Shown: one piece after another, positions 27,206 through 27,919 of the stretch
How the letters are laid out: the number at the start of each line of letters is the position of its first letter
Numbering within the stretch: position 1 is the first letter of the stretch
NCBI GenBank assembly: GCA_964447495.1
Contig: CAYUTF010000029.1
Span: 1-27,919 of the forward strand
Direction: 5' to 3'
Length of the DNA stretch: 27,919 nt
From: an uncultured archaeon
Lineage (GTDB): Archaea; Asgardarchaeota; Lokiarchaeia; Sigyniarchaeales; SOKP01
Translations under genes and position numbers: made by a program
The notes under the pieces: generated by a model
The model's input: only the letters and a program-made list of their open reading frames with translations
Database searches by the model: none
What the model was told of the DNA's origin: nothing

Positions 27206-27919
27206 TGGATTGGTGGCTTATTTTATCGACTATTAGATGTTTATTTCTTACACCAACAATTACCACTTTTTCCTCCTTTTCAAAAACATCTCCTAGTTCA
27301 AGAGGCATTACATGTAGCTTCTCATATTTCATTGGATTATTAGATGGGATTTTAATGACTCCACCATAATCATCAATCTTAAGAATTACTTCCCCCTCCT
27401 TTCCCAATAAATTTTCAGTTGAAGCTATTGAATAATGCTTTGAAATCGCGATTTTCTTCCAAATTGTTGAAATAAGTTTGGTAGTTAAGATACTTGCGAC
27501 AGGCGCAATAATAAACATTAAAAATTTTAAGAATTCAATAATAATATAATATGATGTTATTCCTGAAATCCCAAAAACTAAAAGCGCGGATGATAGTAAA
27601 AGCATAAATGGTGCTGGTGTACTACTCTCTTGAACCTGTGAATCTACTTGAAATTGTTCTGCATGATCATGATCTACATGATCCATGTTGCCTACATGAT
27701 CAAAATGATCTATGTGATCAGGATGATCTACATGATCAAAATAATCCGGATGGTCTACGTGATCGATATGGTCGACATGATCTATATGGTCAACATGATC
27801 AAAATAATCCGGATGGTCTACGTGATCGATATGGTCGACATGGTCTATATGGTCAACATGATCAAAATAATCCGGATGATCCACATGATCGATATGATCT
27901 ACGTGGTCAATGTGATCTG
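27192..27919 (-). CDS. NfeD-like (YqiJ/YuaF-type) membrane protein with Asp-His-x repeat, 5' end beyond the window
   Basis: Frame stays open past the called GTG at 27884 to the window end (DHIDHVDHIDH). Two TM helices, then an NfeD C-terminal OB-fold-like domain (LLGKEGEV...GVIKI...FEKEEKVVIV). Directly upstream of flotillin. Confidence 0.85.
   Translation of the reverse strand, partial: DHIDHVDHIDHVDHPDYFDHVDHIDHVDHIDHVDHPDYFDHVDHIDHVDHIDHVDHPDYFDHVDHPDHIDHFDHVGNMDHVDHDHAEQFQVDSQVQESSTPAPFMLLLSSALLVFGISGITSYYIIIEFLKFLMFIIAPVASILTTKLISTIWKKIAISKHYSIASTENLLGKEGEVILKIDDYGGVIKIPSNNPMKYEKLHVMPLELGDVFEKEEKVVIVGVRNKHLIVDKISHQSKKKY
27731..27919. repeat. 63-nt coding tandem repeat (3 copies visible) built from 9-nt DHx units
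   Basis: CATGATCAAAATAATCCGGATG starts at 27731, 27794 and 27857. Copies 1 and 2 differ by one base; copy 3 is more diverged. Confidence 0.92.

Noticed and set aside
27731-27919. CRISPR array
   Set aside because: The units are contiguous in-frame coding repeats with no unique spacers, and there are no cas genes.

Overview
AT-rich archaeal window, most consistent with an Asgard archaeon (Lokiarchaeia-like). This is inferred from an actin-family gene, a gelsolin-domain gene, a roadblock gene and tRNAs with bulge-helix-bulge (BHB) introns. The main result is a co-directional minus-strand block (about 3.9-13.5 kb): gelsolin-domain protein > roadblock/LC7 > Cdc48-N-like barrel / proline-rich / vWA protein > AbrB-ACT regulator > coiled-coil protein > divergent actin > CHAT (caspase/separase-fold) protein lacking its catalytic His and Cys > coiled-coil PLD-fold protein lacking its HKD motif. 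I read this as a candidate actin-associated scaffold or regulatory system built partly from pseudoenzymes. Also present: a nuclease-less N6-adenine DNA methyltransferase, DEAD-box helicase, NnrE/NnrD fusion, SDR plus FAD-flavoprotein pair, APC permease, beta-helix/propeller surface protein, tandem tRNA-Thr(GGT) and tRNA-Met(CAT) genes each with two introns, YhhN, an RHH-PIN toxin-antitoxin pair with a palindromic operator, DJ-1/PfpI, beta-carbonic anhydrase, and an NfeD-like/flotillin pair with an expanded Asp-His-x repeat running off the window end. All family calls are by-eye motif recognition; no searches were run.
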